Shown here one piece after another: positions 20,602 through 29,087 of a stretch of 64,000 nt of DNA. The stretch is taken from NCBI GenBank assembly GCA_965218095.1, contig OZ244587.1:1536001-1600000 (forward strand), given 5' to 3'. Made by a program: the position numbers and the translations under genes. The stretch comes from Candidatus Poribacteria bacterium (lineage in GTDB: Bacteria > Poribacteria > WGA-4E > PCPOR2b). Numbering within the stretch: position 1 is the first letter of the stretch; each line of letters opens with the position of its first letter. The notes under the pieces are model-generated. The model saw only the letters and a list, made by a program, of their open reading frames with translations, was not told where the DNA came from and ran no database searches.

Positions 20602-21831
20602 TCAAAACACGACCGGCAGTGATTGGGGGCAACGTAAGACCATGTTTTCCCACCAAACCACGTCCTCGCTTCGAAGACGAATCTCAGGCAATCGATCCAG
20701 TATGGTTTTGACAGCAGTTTGAGCTTCAATGCACGCCAGCGGCGCACCCAGGCAGAAATGAATCCCCCAGCCAAACGCGAGGTGTTTATTGTTCTGTCTG
20801 CCCACATCGAGGCGGTCCGGATCAGGGAACTGGGCCGGGTCCCGGTTGGCCGCGGCGCGAACTATCATAACCGCCTGCCCCTTGTGGATGTGCCGTCCTC
20901 TCATCTCAATATCATCATTTGGCAGGCGGGTGTCAATCTGGATCGGGCTCTCGTAACGGAGAAACTCCTCAATGGCGGTTTCCATTAACGACGGATCACG
21001 CTTGAGCCTTTCTAGTTCACTCCGATTTTGCAGCAGCAATAGCATCCCGTTGGCAATCAGGCCCACCGTGGTCTCATGGCCTGCCACGAACAGGAACACC
21101 AACAAGCCCATCAACTCCTGCTCCGTCAGCCCTTCGTCCTTACCCTCAACAGCTGCCAACGCGCTGAGTAGGTCTTGACGCGGTTCCCGGCGACGCTGCA
21201 ACGTTAGTTCGCGGAACAAGCGGGTCAGTTCCTGCCGGCTCTTTTCGGCTTGATCGGCGACCCTCACGAGAGAAGGACCGACCCCACCCACAAACATTGT
21301 TATATCTTCCGTCCATCTTCTGAACTGTTCCTGGTTCTCCCCAGGAATTCCCAGGATCTCACAAATCACCGTGGCCGGCAGGGGATAGGCAAAATCGTTG
21401 ACCAGATCCATTTGCCCCTTTCTCTCGACCTTGTCGAGCAACGTGTCGACGATCTGCTGAATACGCTCGCGCATATCCTCGGCAAGCTTGGGGGTAAAGT
21501 CCTTCATCACCAGTTTACGCATGCGCGTATGTTTGGGGGGATCGGTAAATCCCAGCCAGTTTGACACGTGTTCGCCCAGTGTGCTGAACTTCGTTCGCTG
21601 CGGCTCAGGCAGGGCACTCATGTTCACCGAAGCCCGGTCCGATGCCATACGTGGGTCGCGACTAGCGGCAAGCACGTCGTCATAGCGGGTGAGCATCCAA
21701 CTGTTGAGCCGCTCATTCCAATGGACGGGGTCCTCCCGCCGAAGCCGATGAAAAAGCGGATACGGGTCTGCCAGTCGGCCGTTGCAAAACCGCTCGTATG
21801 CTTCGAGTGTTTGAAGGTCAGTTGTTGACAT
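20602..21831 (-). CDS. Cytochrome P450
   Basis: AGHETT, EEFLR, HLAFGWGIHFCLG heme ligand motif. Confidence 0.95.
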   Translation of the reverse strand: MSTTDLQTLEAYERFCNGRLADPYPLFHRLRREDPVHWNERLNSWMLTRYDDVLAASRDPRMASDRASVNMSALPEPQRTKFSTLGEHVSNWLGFTDPPKHTRMRKLVMKDFTPKLAEDMRERIQQIVDTLLDKVERKGQMDLVNDFAYPLPATVICEILGIPGENQEQFRRWTEDITMFVGGVGPSLVRVADQAEKSRQELTRLFRELTLQRRREPRQDLLSALAAVEGKDEGLTEQELMGLLVFLFVAGHETTVGLIANGMLLLLQNRSELERLKRDPSLMETAIEEFLRYESPIQIDTRLPNDDIEMRGRHIHKGQAVMIVRAAANRDPAQFPDPDRLDVGRQNNKHLAFGWGIHFCLGAPLACIEAQTAVKTILDRLPEIRLRSEDVVWWENMVLRCPQSLPVVF

Positions 21832-21921
21832 TGGCTGTTCCTTTCTTCTTTCAATTCTTAACGATTACATCAACTAACAAATCCAAAGGCACGAAAATCA
21901 TCTCATCAAAGCAAAAGATGC

Positions 21922-22680
21922 CTATTGCTGGAGCGATAACCCGCCGTCGATCCGGAGAACGGCGCCGGTGATGTAGTCGGCTGCATCGGAGCAGAGGAAA
22001 GTGGCAGCCCGGCCGATGTCTTCTATGGTACCCAGCCGGCCCCAGGGCAGCTTATTGCCCCCTTCTCGGATTTCCTCCTCGGTAGCATATTGCCGTTCGC
22101 CGGGAGTGTCAGTCCATCCGGGTTGGATGGCATTGACGCGGATACGATCGGCAGTGAGCTCGTTAGCGATGGTGGCCGCCATGTGGTTGATGCCGGCCTT
22201 GGCTGTGTTGTAGGCGAGGGAGGTTGGAAAGGGGATGAAGGCATAGAGGGAACTGATGAAGACCATGCTGCCTCCTCGCCCTTGGGCGACCATCTGGCGG
22301 GCGGATGCCTGGGCAGCGTGGAAGGTCCCCCATAGGGTGACGTCCAAGGTGCGCTGCATCTCTTCGATGGACATCTCCAGAAATGGCTCCCGCTTGCTGT
22401 AGTAGGCATTGCAGACGAGGATGTCGAGGTGGCCGAAGCGTTCAATGGTTGCCGCCACCATCCGGTCCACGGCTGAACGATTGGAAACGTCGGCCTGGAC
22501 GACCAGAGCCTGCCGATGCAGGGCGCGAATTTCCTCTGCTACTGCCTCTGCCTCTTCTGCGTGGCTTCGGTAGTTGACGGTAATGTCTGCACCGGCACGT
22601 GCCATTTCGAGCGCACACCCCCGCCCGATACCGCGGGAGGAACCGGTGATGAGGGCCACTTTGCCTTTCAGATTGACCAT
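21922..22680 (-). CDS. SDR-family oxidoreductase
   Basis: TGSSRGIG, YNTAK, NAIQPG. Confidence 0.93.
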   Translation of the reverse strand: MVNLKGKVALITGSSRGIGRGCALEMARAGADITVNYRSHAEEAEAVAEEIRALHRQALVVQADVSNRSAVDRMVAATIERFGHLDILVCNAYYSKREPFLEMSIEEMQRTLDVTLWGTFHAAQASARQMVAQGRGGSMVFISSLYAFIPFPTSLAYNTAKAGINHMAATIANELTADRIRVNAIQPGWTDTPGERQYATEEEIREGGNKLPWGRLGTIEDIGRAATFLCSDAADYITGAVLRIDGGLSLQQ

Positions 22681-22808
22681 GATTTTCCTCGCTTTCTAAC
22701 ATATGAGCCGGTACTCCGACGGAATTAATCCGTCTAAAGGCTCAATATCCAGAGAACAATTCACACCAAGCGTTTAACTTCCCTGAAAAATAAACTATCT
22801 CTTTATTT

Positions 22809-24032
22809 TCACAGTGAGGAATTGGTATTATAGAACCACTCCAAGGGGTAGATGCGCAGAATTTGCTCCTGCTTATTCAGGTTCTGTTCCGCGACGCCCA
22901 AGAGGAGACTTCCACGGAGATACATCAGGTATACTTTATCTCCCGCAAAGCGTACGTTGGCATAGTGAAAGTAAGCCCATCCTTCGGGCAGTTGGCCCAC
23001 ATCATCACAGGCACGAACCATCTTAATCAGATACTCTGGAGGGATATACTCGACCTCTGATAGTCCCTCGCTGACCTCAATGGTCTTAAAATGTTCCCAA
23101 GTCTCCCCGTTGTTTTGGGAGATTGCCACTGAGAGTCGCCCTCGCCGGTAGCCTCGATGTATTTCTTCCTTCGACACCTGATTCCACACACACATCAAGT
23201 CGCCGGTCTTGGGGATACGTCTCAACCGGGGTGGAGAGATGGAGTTCGCCAATTCTGTGGGCAGCACCGGCGACCAACTTTCGCCCCCATCGCTACTGTA
23301 GCTGTAGACAACCCGGTTCACCAAGGGGCGACCGAAGAGCAAAACGCGTCCATCTTTGGTTTCGGCTGCAGTGACTTCACCAAAACCGGTTACTCCTCGG
23401 TGCCCATCTGGAATGCCTTCTTCGTTGAACCAACCCATGAGGGCGTTAGGACGGCCAAAATTCCCTTCAGTTAGACGCCACGTCTTCCCTTCGTTGTCGG
23501 AGATGGCGATGTAGGTGACATAAATCTCGGGCACATGGCCGTGTCCTTCTACTTCAATGCACTCGCCTTTCCAAGTACCACAGGATAAAACCTCTTTGTA
23601 CTTCAACTCAGGGTGCATTCCCGAGAAGCTGACATAAGCGGGGTAGAGTAAACGCCCACTGTTGAGTTGAATCATCTCATCACCGAAATGATAAGGGCCG
23701 CCTACCATCTTAGGAAAGACCTCCACCGCTTCGCTCCAAGTCTTCCCCTCATCTTGGGACAGGCGAATATGGGAGCCGCTCGCTAAGGCCAATGCTCCAG
23801 ACTTGAGGCGCACCAGGCCGTTACCCGACATCCCCTCGCCCAAGGACTGAGGTTCGCTCTAGGTCACACCCCCATCGGTTGAGACGCGGCCATTGTTCGC
23901 CAACAGAGAGCCATCTTTCCGCTCCACCAGGGTGTTTATACCCAAGCCTACCACCTCAATCACGCCCCCCGGAGGCGGCTTGCAGAAGATTTCACCCTGG
24001 CCCTCCTGTGGTTTGCTAATCGGTGCAGACAT
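22809..24032 (-). pseudogene. BNR/Asp-box sialidase-like protein with one nonsense codon
   Basis: GGAGG RBS, ATG 24032; STDGGVT* (TAG 23859-23861 at the Asp-box Trp); further boxes SQDEGKTW, SDNEGKTW, SSDGGESW, SQNNGETW. Confidence 0.82.
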
Positions 24033-24107
24033 ACGACTTCAACCTCCTTTTCCGTTCTACAATCTGCGAATTTGCGATTGGAAGATTCTATTGGTTTTTA
24101 TTCCATA

Positions 24108-24252
24108 CAGGACTTACGCAATTGAATCGGATGATTAGACCGCCAACTGCCTGTGCATCTTGTATCGGATTCAGAGCCTGCCCCGATCCATTGGGGATTC
24201 AAGATGCACAGACGGTCAAATCGCAGTCTGCACATCGGCTGCGTAAGTCCTA
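24108..24252. mobile_element. MITE, CAGGACTTACGCA family, copy C
   Basis: caggacttacgca...tgcgtaagtccta; 5-bp duplication CCATA. Confidence 0.88.
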
Positions 24253-24266
24253 CCATACCTATTCGC

Positions 24267-24506
24267 CTATTCGCTGTACACACTTCTTGCAATGAAACGA
24301 ACGCCCTCGGCATCGTGGAAATAGTAGCGAGGTAGAGGCATGTCCATCTTCGTCGGTTCGTGAAAAGTGTGTCCGTTATCGTCAGAGCGAGTGAAGTAAA
24401 TCCCATCCATCACCGCAAAGCCGAGGGAGGTACGGTCACGCAAGTCCAGAACACGGTGCTTCTTTTCCAACTCCCGCACTTTGGCTTCTTCAGCGGGTGG
24501 GAACAT
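24267..24506 (-). pseudogene. Fragment of another Asp-box protein
   Basis: IYFTRSDDNGHTF. Confidence 0.45.
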
Positions 24507-24553
24507 CAGCCAACAGTGTGATCGAACAATTAGAAATCATTAATGCGCGACGC

Positions 24554-25366
24554 CTACCAGTGTGGCTTGAGCAGATGCATCAGGTTGCGATAGGCAGAAA
24601 TTGCAGCCTGGTCCACCTCGGGGATGGGGGGCCAGCCCCGATCGTCGAACTCGATCTCAACGCTCAAGGGACCGCGGTAGCCCCCGTCATCCAGAATGTT
24701 TAACACTCTCTCAAAATCAATCTCGCCCATCCCTATAGGTGGAAAGTTCCATACGCCTTTCCCGTCGATCTTATCCTTTAGATGAATATGCACCATCTCG
24801 GGCACAGCAACCTGCAAGTCTTCGTAGGGCAAAGTATCGCCGAAATACACGCAGTTAGCCGTATCATAGTTGATCTTCACATTGGGATGGTTGACCTTAC
24901 GAATCGTATCCAAAATGAGTCTGCCGTTGGCGGTGTGGTCGCCATGCACCTCAAGCCCGAGCGTCACACCTGCTTGCCTGGCATGCTCCGCCACCTCATT
25001 GATATTTGCCATAAACATGGACATATCTTCTTGATGGCTGGACCCGCCGATTGTGTTAACGACGATTCGCGCACCAAGCTTCGGCGCGAGGCTGATGGCC
25101 TTTTTTGCGAGCTCAGCGCCGGTTTTCGTCATCAGACCGGTGTTTGAGTTCATACCCGAGGCCTTGAGATTGTACTGGTCAAGCTTTGCCAGTAAGTCCT
25201 CGACTCCGGTGTCATCCATGTCGAGGGAAACGTGCTCAATCATACCTGGACAGGCTGCCAGTTCAACGTACTGGAACCCAGCCCCACTGATGCCTTTCAA
25301 TGCATCCTCCAGGCTATAATGATGGTAAGACACCGTGCCCATAGCAACAATCTTCGATAAACTCAC
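24554..25366 (-). CDS. Sugar phosphate isomerase/epimerase (xylose-isomerase-like TIM barrel)
   Basis: LGLEVH, INYDTAN, HIHLKD, GEIDF, LSVEIE; GGAGG RBS before GTG. Confidence 0.9.
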   Translation of the reverse strand: MSLSKIVAMGTVSYHHYSLEDALKGISGAGFQYVELAACPGMIEHVSLDMDDTGVEDLLAKLDQYNLKASGMNSNTGLMTKTGAELAKKAISLAPKLGARIVVNTIGGSSHQEDMSMFMANINEVAEHARQAGVTLGLEVHGDHTANGRLILDTIRKVNHPNVKINYDTANCVYFGDTLPYEDLQVAVPEMVHIHLKDKIDGKGVWNFPPIGMGEIDFERVLNILDDGGYRGPLSVEIEFDDRGWPPIPEVDQAAISAYRNLMHLLKPHW

Positions 25367-25486
25367 GGTTTACCTCCTTTCCCTGCACTCAATTTTGGTA
25401 TCTTCGGTTCGCTTAATCTCTTGGATAGCTTCAACTTGCATTCTTCAAATATTTCCTCTTTTTCAATGATGATGGTTTCTTTTGGC

Positions 25487-25558
25487 GCCGAACGATCAAG
25501 CTCACCGGCGGCAATGGAGCGCAACGGAATTGCCGCCCGGTGCAGCGTTTTGTTAGCC
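25487..25558 (-). other. Complete 72-bp integron attC site
   Basis: Minus strand GGCTAAC-aaaac-GCTGCACcgggcggcaattccgttgcgctccattgccgccgGTGAGC-ttgatc-GTTCGGC: inverse core, L boxes, imperfect palindrome and GTT core, 7 bp after the TPR stop. Confidence 0.92.
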
Positions 25559-25565
25559 ATTTGTA

Positions 25566-26516
25566 TCACCGTTTTATCGCATCAATCTGAGCGGCACGCT
25601 TCTCTAGTTTTTTAGCTTTTTCGCTACGGTCCGTTGCTCTATAGAGTTCTGCAAGATTGTTGAGGCTTGTCGCCACATCGGGGTGGTCGTAGCCGAGTGC
25701 TTTTTCGTGTATTGAGAGGGAACGCTTGAGGAGTGGTTCGGCTTTGGCGTAATTGCCTTGGGTTTTATAGAGGAATGCAAGATTGTTGAGGCTTATAGCC
25801 ACATCGGGGTGGTCGGAGCCGAGTGCTTTTTCCCTTATTGAGAGGGAACGTTTGTAGAGCGGTTCGGCTTTGGCGTAATTGCCTTGGGTGTAATAGAGTG
25901 ATGCAAGATTGTTCAGGCTTGTCGCCACATTGGGATGGTCGGGACCGAGTGCTTTTTCGTGTATTGAGAGTGCACGCTTGAGGAGCGGTTCGGCTTTGGC
26001 GTAATTGCCTTGGGTTTTATAGAGTGATGCAAGATTGTTCAGGCTTGTCGCTACATCGGGGTGGTCGGAGCCGAGTGCTTTTTCCCAGATTGAGAGGGAA
26101 CGCTTGAGGAGTGGTTCGGCTTTGGTGTAATTGCCTTGGGTGTAATAGAGTAATGCAAGATTGTTCAGGCTTGTCGCCACATTGGGGTGGTTGGGACCGA
26201 GTGCTTTTTCCCTTATTGAGAGGGCACGCTTGTAGAGCGGTTCGGCTTTGGCGTAATTGCCTTGGGTTTTATAGAGTGATGCAAGAATGTTCAGGCTTGT
26301 CGCCACATCGGGGTGGTCGGGACCGACATTATTCTCAGCGACTTTGTAAGCTTCTTGAGCAACAATAACAGCACGCTCATATTTGCCTGCACGATAGAGT
26401 TTAACAGCTTCTTGGTTCAGAATATCCCATTCTATGCCAGCTCCCTGTGCAAATACATTTAATGCTCCAAGTTGTAAGAGCGAAAAAATCACTGTAACTA
26501 ATTTTACAATTTTCAT
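25566..26516 (-). CDS. Secreted TPR protein with kinesin-light-chain-type 42-aa repeats; integron cassette gene
   Basis: Signal peptide ending VFA; about six HPDVATSLNNLAxLYxTQGNYAKAEPLxKRxLSIxEKALG repeats (126-bp period). Confidence 0.93.
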   Translation of the reverse strand: MKIVKLVTVIFSLLQLGALNVFAQGAGIEWDILNQEAVKLYRAGKYERAVIVAQEAYKVAENNVGPDHPDVATSLNILASLYKTQGNYAKAEPLYKRALSIREKALGPNHPNVATSLNNLALLYYTQGNYTKAEPLLKRSLSIWEKALGSDHPDVATSLNNLASLYKTQGNYAKAEPLLKRALSIHEKALGPDHPNVATSLNNLASLYYTQGNYAKAEPLYKRSLSIREKALGSDHPDVAISLNNLAFLYKTQGNYAKAEPLLKRSLSIHEKALGYDHPDVATSLNNLAELYRATDRSEKAKKLEKRAAQIDAIKR

Positions 26517-26532
26517 ATTTATATCCTTGTAT

Positions 26533-26552
26533 GGCTAACATAATATTAGCCA
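26533..26552 (-). other. attI-like simple site at the 5' boundary of the TPR cassette
   Basis: Minus strand tggcTAAtattatGTTAGCC (TAA-N6-GTT); GTTAGCC is the complement of the attC inverse core GGCTAAC. Confidence 0.7.
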
Positions 26553-26567
26553 ACACTTCTGTGCTTA

Positions 26568-26836
26568 GAACCTGTTTTAAAAACCCAAGTTGCTACTTGA
26601 AAAACACCGTTGAGAAATGCTCGGAAGTTGCATACTTTTCATACTTTTCCGAGGAAACGGGAGAATTTGATAGAGACAAAAAAGGGTGAGAACTCACGCT
26701 AGGACTCATTTTTGGGCGGTTTGCACAGGAAGGGTACTCGGAAAAGTACTCAGAAACCCAAGTTGCCACCTTAATCAGTTTTCAATATTAAATTTACACT
26801 ACTTTCATAGGAGAAGATGACTTTTCAAACAGGCTC
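26568..26836. mobile_element. 269-bp MITE with IS5/IS1182-like ends
   Basis: gaacctgttttaaaa / ttttcaaacaggctc inverted ends; TTA duplication at 26565-26567 and 26837-26839. Confidence 0.78.
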
Positions 26837-26867
26837 TTATCGGTATACAAGTATTTATCGTTAGAGC

Positions 26868-27653
26868 CTAATCTTTCACGCGGTGCCATCGCAGCACCTG
26901 TCGGGCGTGTTCTGACAGGCTCTCCCAAAGATCTCGGGGGAAGTGCTTCTCGGTGTACTCATGCTGCCACCGGCTGAAGAGCCAGGGGCGACAAAACCCC
27001 ATACACAGTTCGTCACGCGGCTGATCTGACCGATTGGGGGTGCCGCGATGGAAGGGGCGCCCATCCTGCACCGAGAGCGAGCCTTTTTGGAGGTTGAGCC
27101 GAATGGGATAATACCGGCCGCGGCGGTTGGCCCCAGCGCCAAAGACGGTATCCAAATCAGTGAGTAAGTCCTTGTCGGCGATATATTGTGTACATGGAAT
27201 TATTTCGGTACTACCATTCTCTTCGCTCGTGTCAACCAGTGGAAATTTCACTCCTACGGCATAGGCCGGCGTTGGTACACCCGGGAACAGCGCGGCGCCG
27301 TCGTCCCGATGCCATTTCTGATAGTCCGTTCCCGGCAGTGGGATGTTTGAGTCAAAGTGTGACCAGATGTAGTCCGGTCCCAGCACTCGTTCAAAGAACT
27401 CGACCAGGGCAGGGTGCTCGAAGATCCCCGGATCGACAAACGGTTGCTCGAATGGCACCCGGACGTTATAGCGAAGACGGCCGCGGCTCGGATACTCCCC
27501 CTGCCGCTCGATGTCGCGGTCTCGAATCGGTATCCAGACCTCGCGAATCCGGTCAATCGTCTCCAACGGGATGAGGTCTTCAAAGACAACGAACCCGTTA
27601 ATCCGCCATTCCTGCATAAGTTGGTCAATGTCATACTTCGTAGCAAGACTCAT
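26868..27653 (-). CDS. PhyH-family dioxygenase (paralog of 18576-19397)
   Basis: QKWHRD, VGVKFPLVDT.EENGS, FHRGTPN. Confidence 0.9.
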   Translation of the reverse strand: MSLATKYDIDQLMQEWRINGFVVFEDLIPLETIDRIREVWIPIRDRDIERQGEYPSRGRLRYNVRVPFEQPFVDPGIFEHPALVEFFERVLGPDYIWSHFDSNIPLPGTDYQKWHRDDGAALFPGVPTPAYAVGVKFPLVDTSEENGSTEIIPCTQYIADKDLLTDLDTVFGAGANRRGRYYPIRLNLQKGSLSVQDGRPFHRGTPNRSDQPRDELCMGFCRPWLFSRWQHEYTEKHFPRDLWESLSEHARQVLRWHRVKD

Positions 27654-27734
27654 AAAGATGCTCCTTTCTTCTTATTGAACGCTTACAAATTCAGGAAACA
27701 TGCGATAGAACCCGACGAGGCGCCTGGGTCAGGT

Positions 27735-27893
27735 TCAACGCTTTTTCACCACAACAACAATCATATCGTCATATTGTTCGGCTGAACCCACAAAATCAGT
27801 GGTATCACCCAAAAGGGTTTCAAGGATTCTCTCTGCATTCATCGTTGAATCGATGTGCATTACGGCGTGTTGAAGCCGTTCGGCCCCATACAT
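27735..27893 (-). pseudogene. Orphan C-terminal fragment of a SpoIIE/RsbU (PP2C) phosphatase
   Basis: MYGAERL...AERILETLLGDTTDFVGSAEQYDDMIVVVVKKR*. Confidence 0.7.
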
Positions 27894-28435
27894 CAGGACA
27901 AAATAGATGCCAAAGTTTATAAGCTATCAAACCAAAATTTAACCATTTTTTAAGCGTGGGGAATTTCCAGATTTTTAGAAAATCTGTTGACTTCTACTGA
28001 CCTTTCGCATTATTTCGGAACAATTTTTCTAATTTTTAGATTCAGTCGTAGCAGGAGTTCCCTCCCGATTCGATGGATTGCCACATCACCGCAAAGGTCG
28101 TGTTTCTCAAGTGAAACGGCTGATTATTAGATCCGTGCTACGTGCGGGTTCGGACTCCGAAATTAAAAAAACTTCCTCGGGATTACGCGAAAGGTAAGAA
28201 CAACTTTGCTTCCTAAAATTCATGCATGCCACCAATCTATTGACTGGAGGTTTTTGACGCTGCATCAAAAACAGGGAATCGATAAAGCGACACGTCAAAT
28301 CCGTGAGCAGCTCAGGCACCACTGGAAGGGCGAGTTCCTTCACTGTTTAAGCCTTCAGAAGTTTTGCGCATGGTTTGAATCGAAACGATCCTGCGGAAAA
28401 CTTCCGAAGTCTGGATTCGCTGCAAATGGTATGAT

Positions 28436-28800
28436 TTAGACGCTCACCACCCGGTCTACACCGACTGCCAGATCGGCGAAGTCCTTGGAGGTGATAAACT
28501 TAGCGTTCTTGCCCTGCAAATCTTCGTCTGAGACCCCACGGACCCTGCTGCAGAGTCCTCAGACATAAATGAGCACACCGTGGTCAATGAGCTGAGTCAG
28601 CAGATTCTTAAGAGGTGGCAAGCCTACTACCGCGAAAACCTGCTCGGCGACAACGTCTTTCATCAGATAGGCCGCTTAGCCTAGCAGGGAATTTGTAGTT
28701 GATGACCAGCCTCTATCGCCCCCTGCGCTGCCACGAAAGAGATGGTAGCCCGAGTAGGGTCGTCAGAACCAAAGGTATCGGCGTAGAGTGTCATAGACAT
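28436..28800 (-). pseudogene. DsrE-like protein with TGA-x-x-Cys (UxxC) motif; frameshift near 28690 and a TAA
   Basis: GGAGG RBS; MSMTLYADTFGSDDPTRATISFVAAQGAIEAGH...AAYLMKD...GLPPLKNLL...GVLIYV(TGA 28559-28561)GLCSRVRGV...DRVVSV*. Confidence 0.8.
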
Positions 28801-29087
28801 GAGAAACCTCCTTAAGGCGCGAAGACAATTTACGGTTAGGATGGTAGCGATTAGCTTCATACGGCTGCGCCGACTCCATTGACCGGATTTGAATCCCGAT
28901 CGCTACCCGTTGCCCATACGACTTCTTGCGCTTACGTTCGTGTAGATAGCGATATCTGGCTTCGTGCTCTCCACAATAGCAAATAGTTCCCCTTGATGGG
29001 GGGTCACGAATTTTCTATGAAAAAAGCCTGCATCACTGAGATGCGGGCCAAATCAAAACAATCGGTGCGCGTTACAATACGCCCCGA

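Noticed and set aside
25363-25569. 68-aa ORF MIQMANKTLHRAAIPLRSIAAGELDRS
   Set aside because: This is the translation of the attC site, not a gene
25620-26330. 126-bp periodic DNA repeats resembling an array
   Set aside because: Coding TPR repeats without unique spacers; not CRISPR
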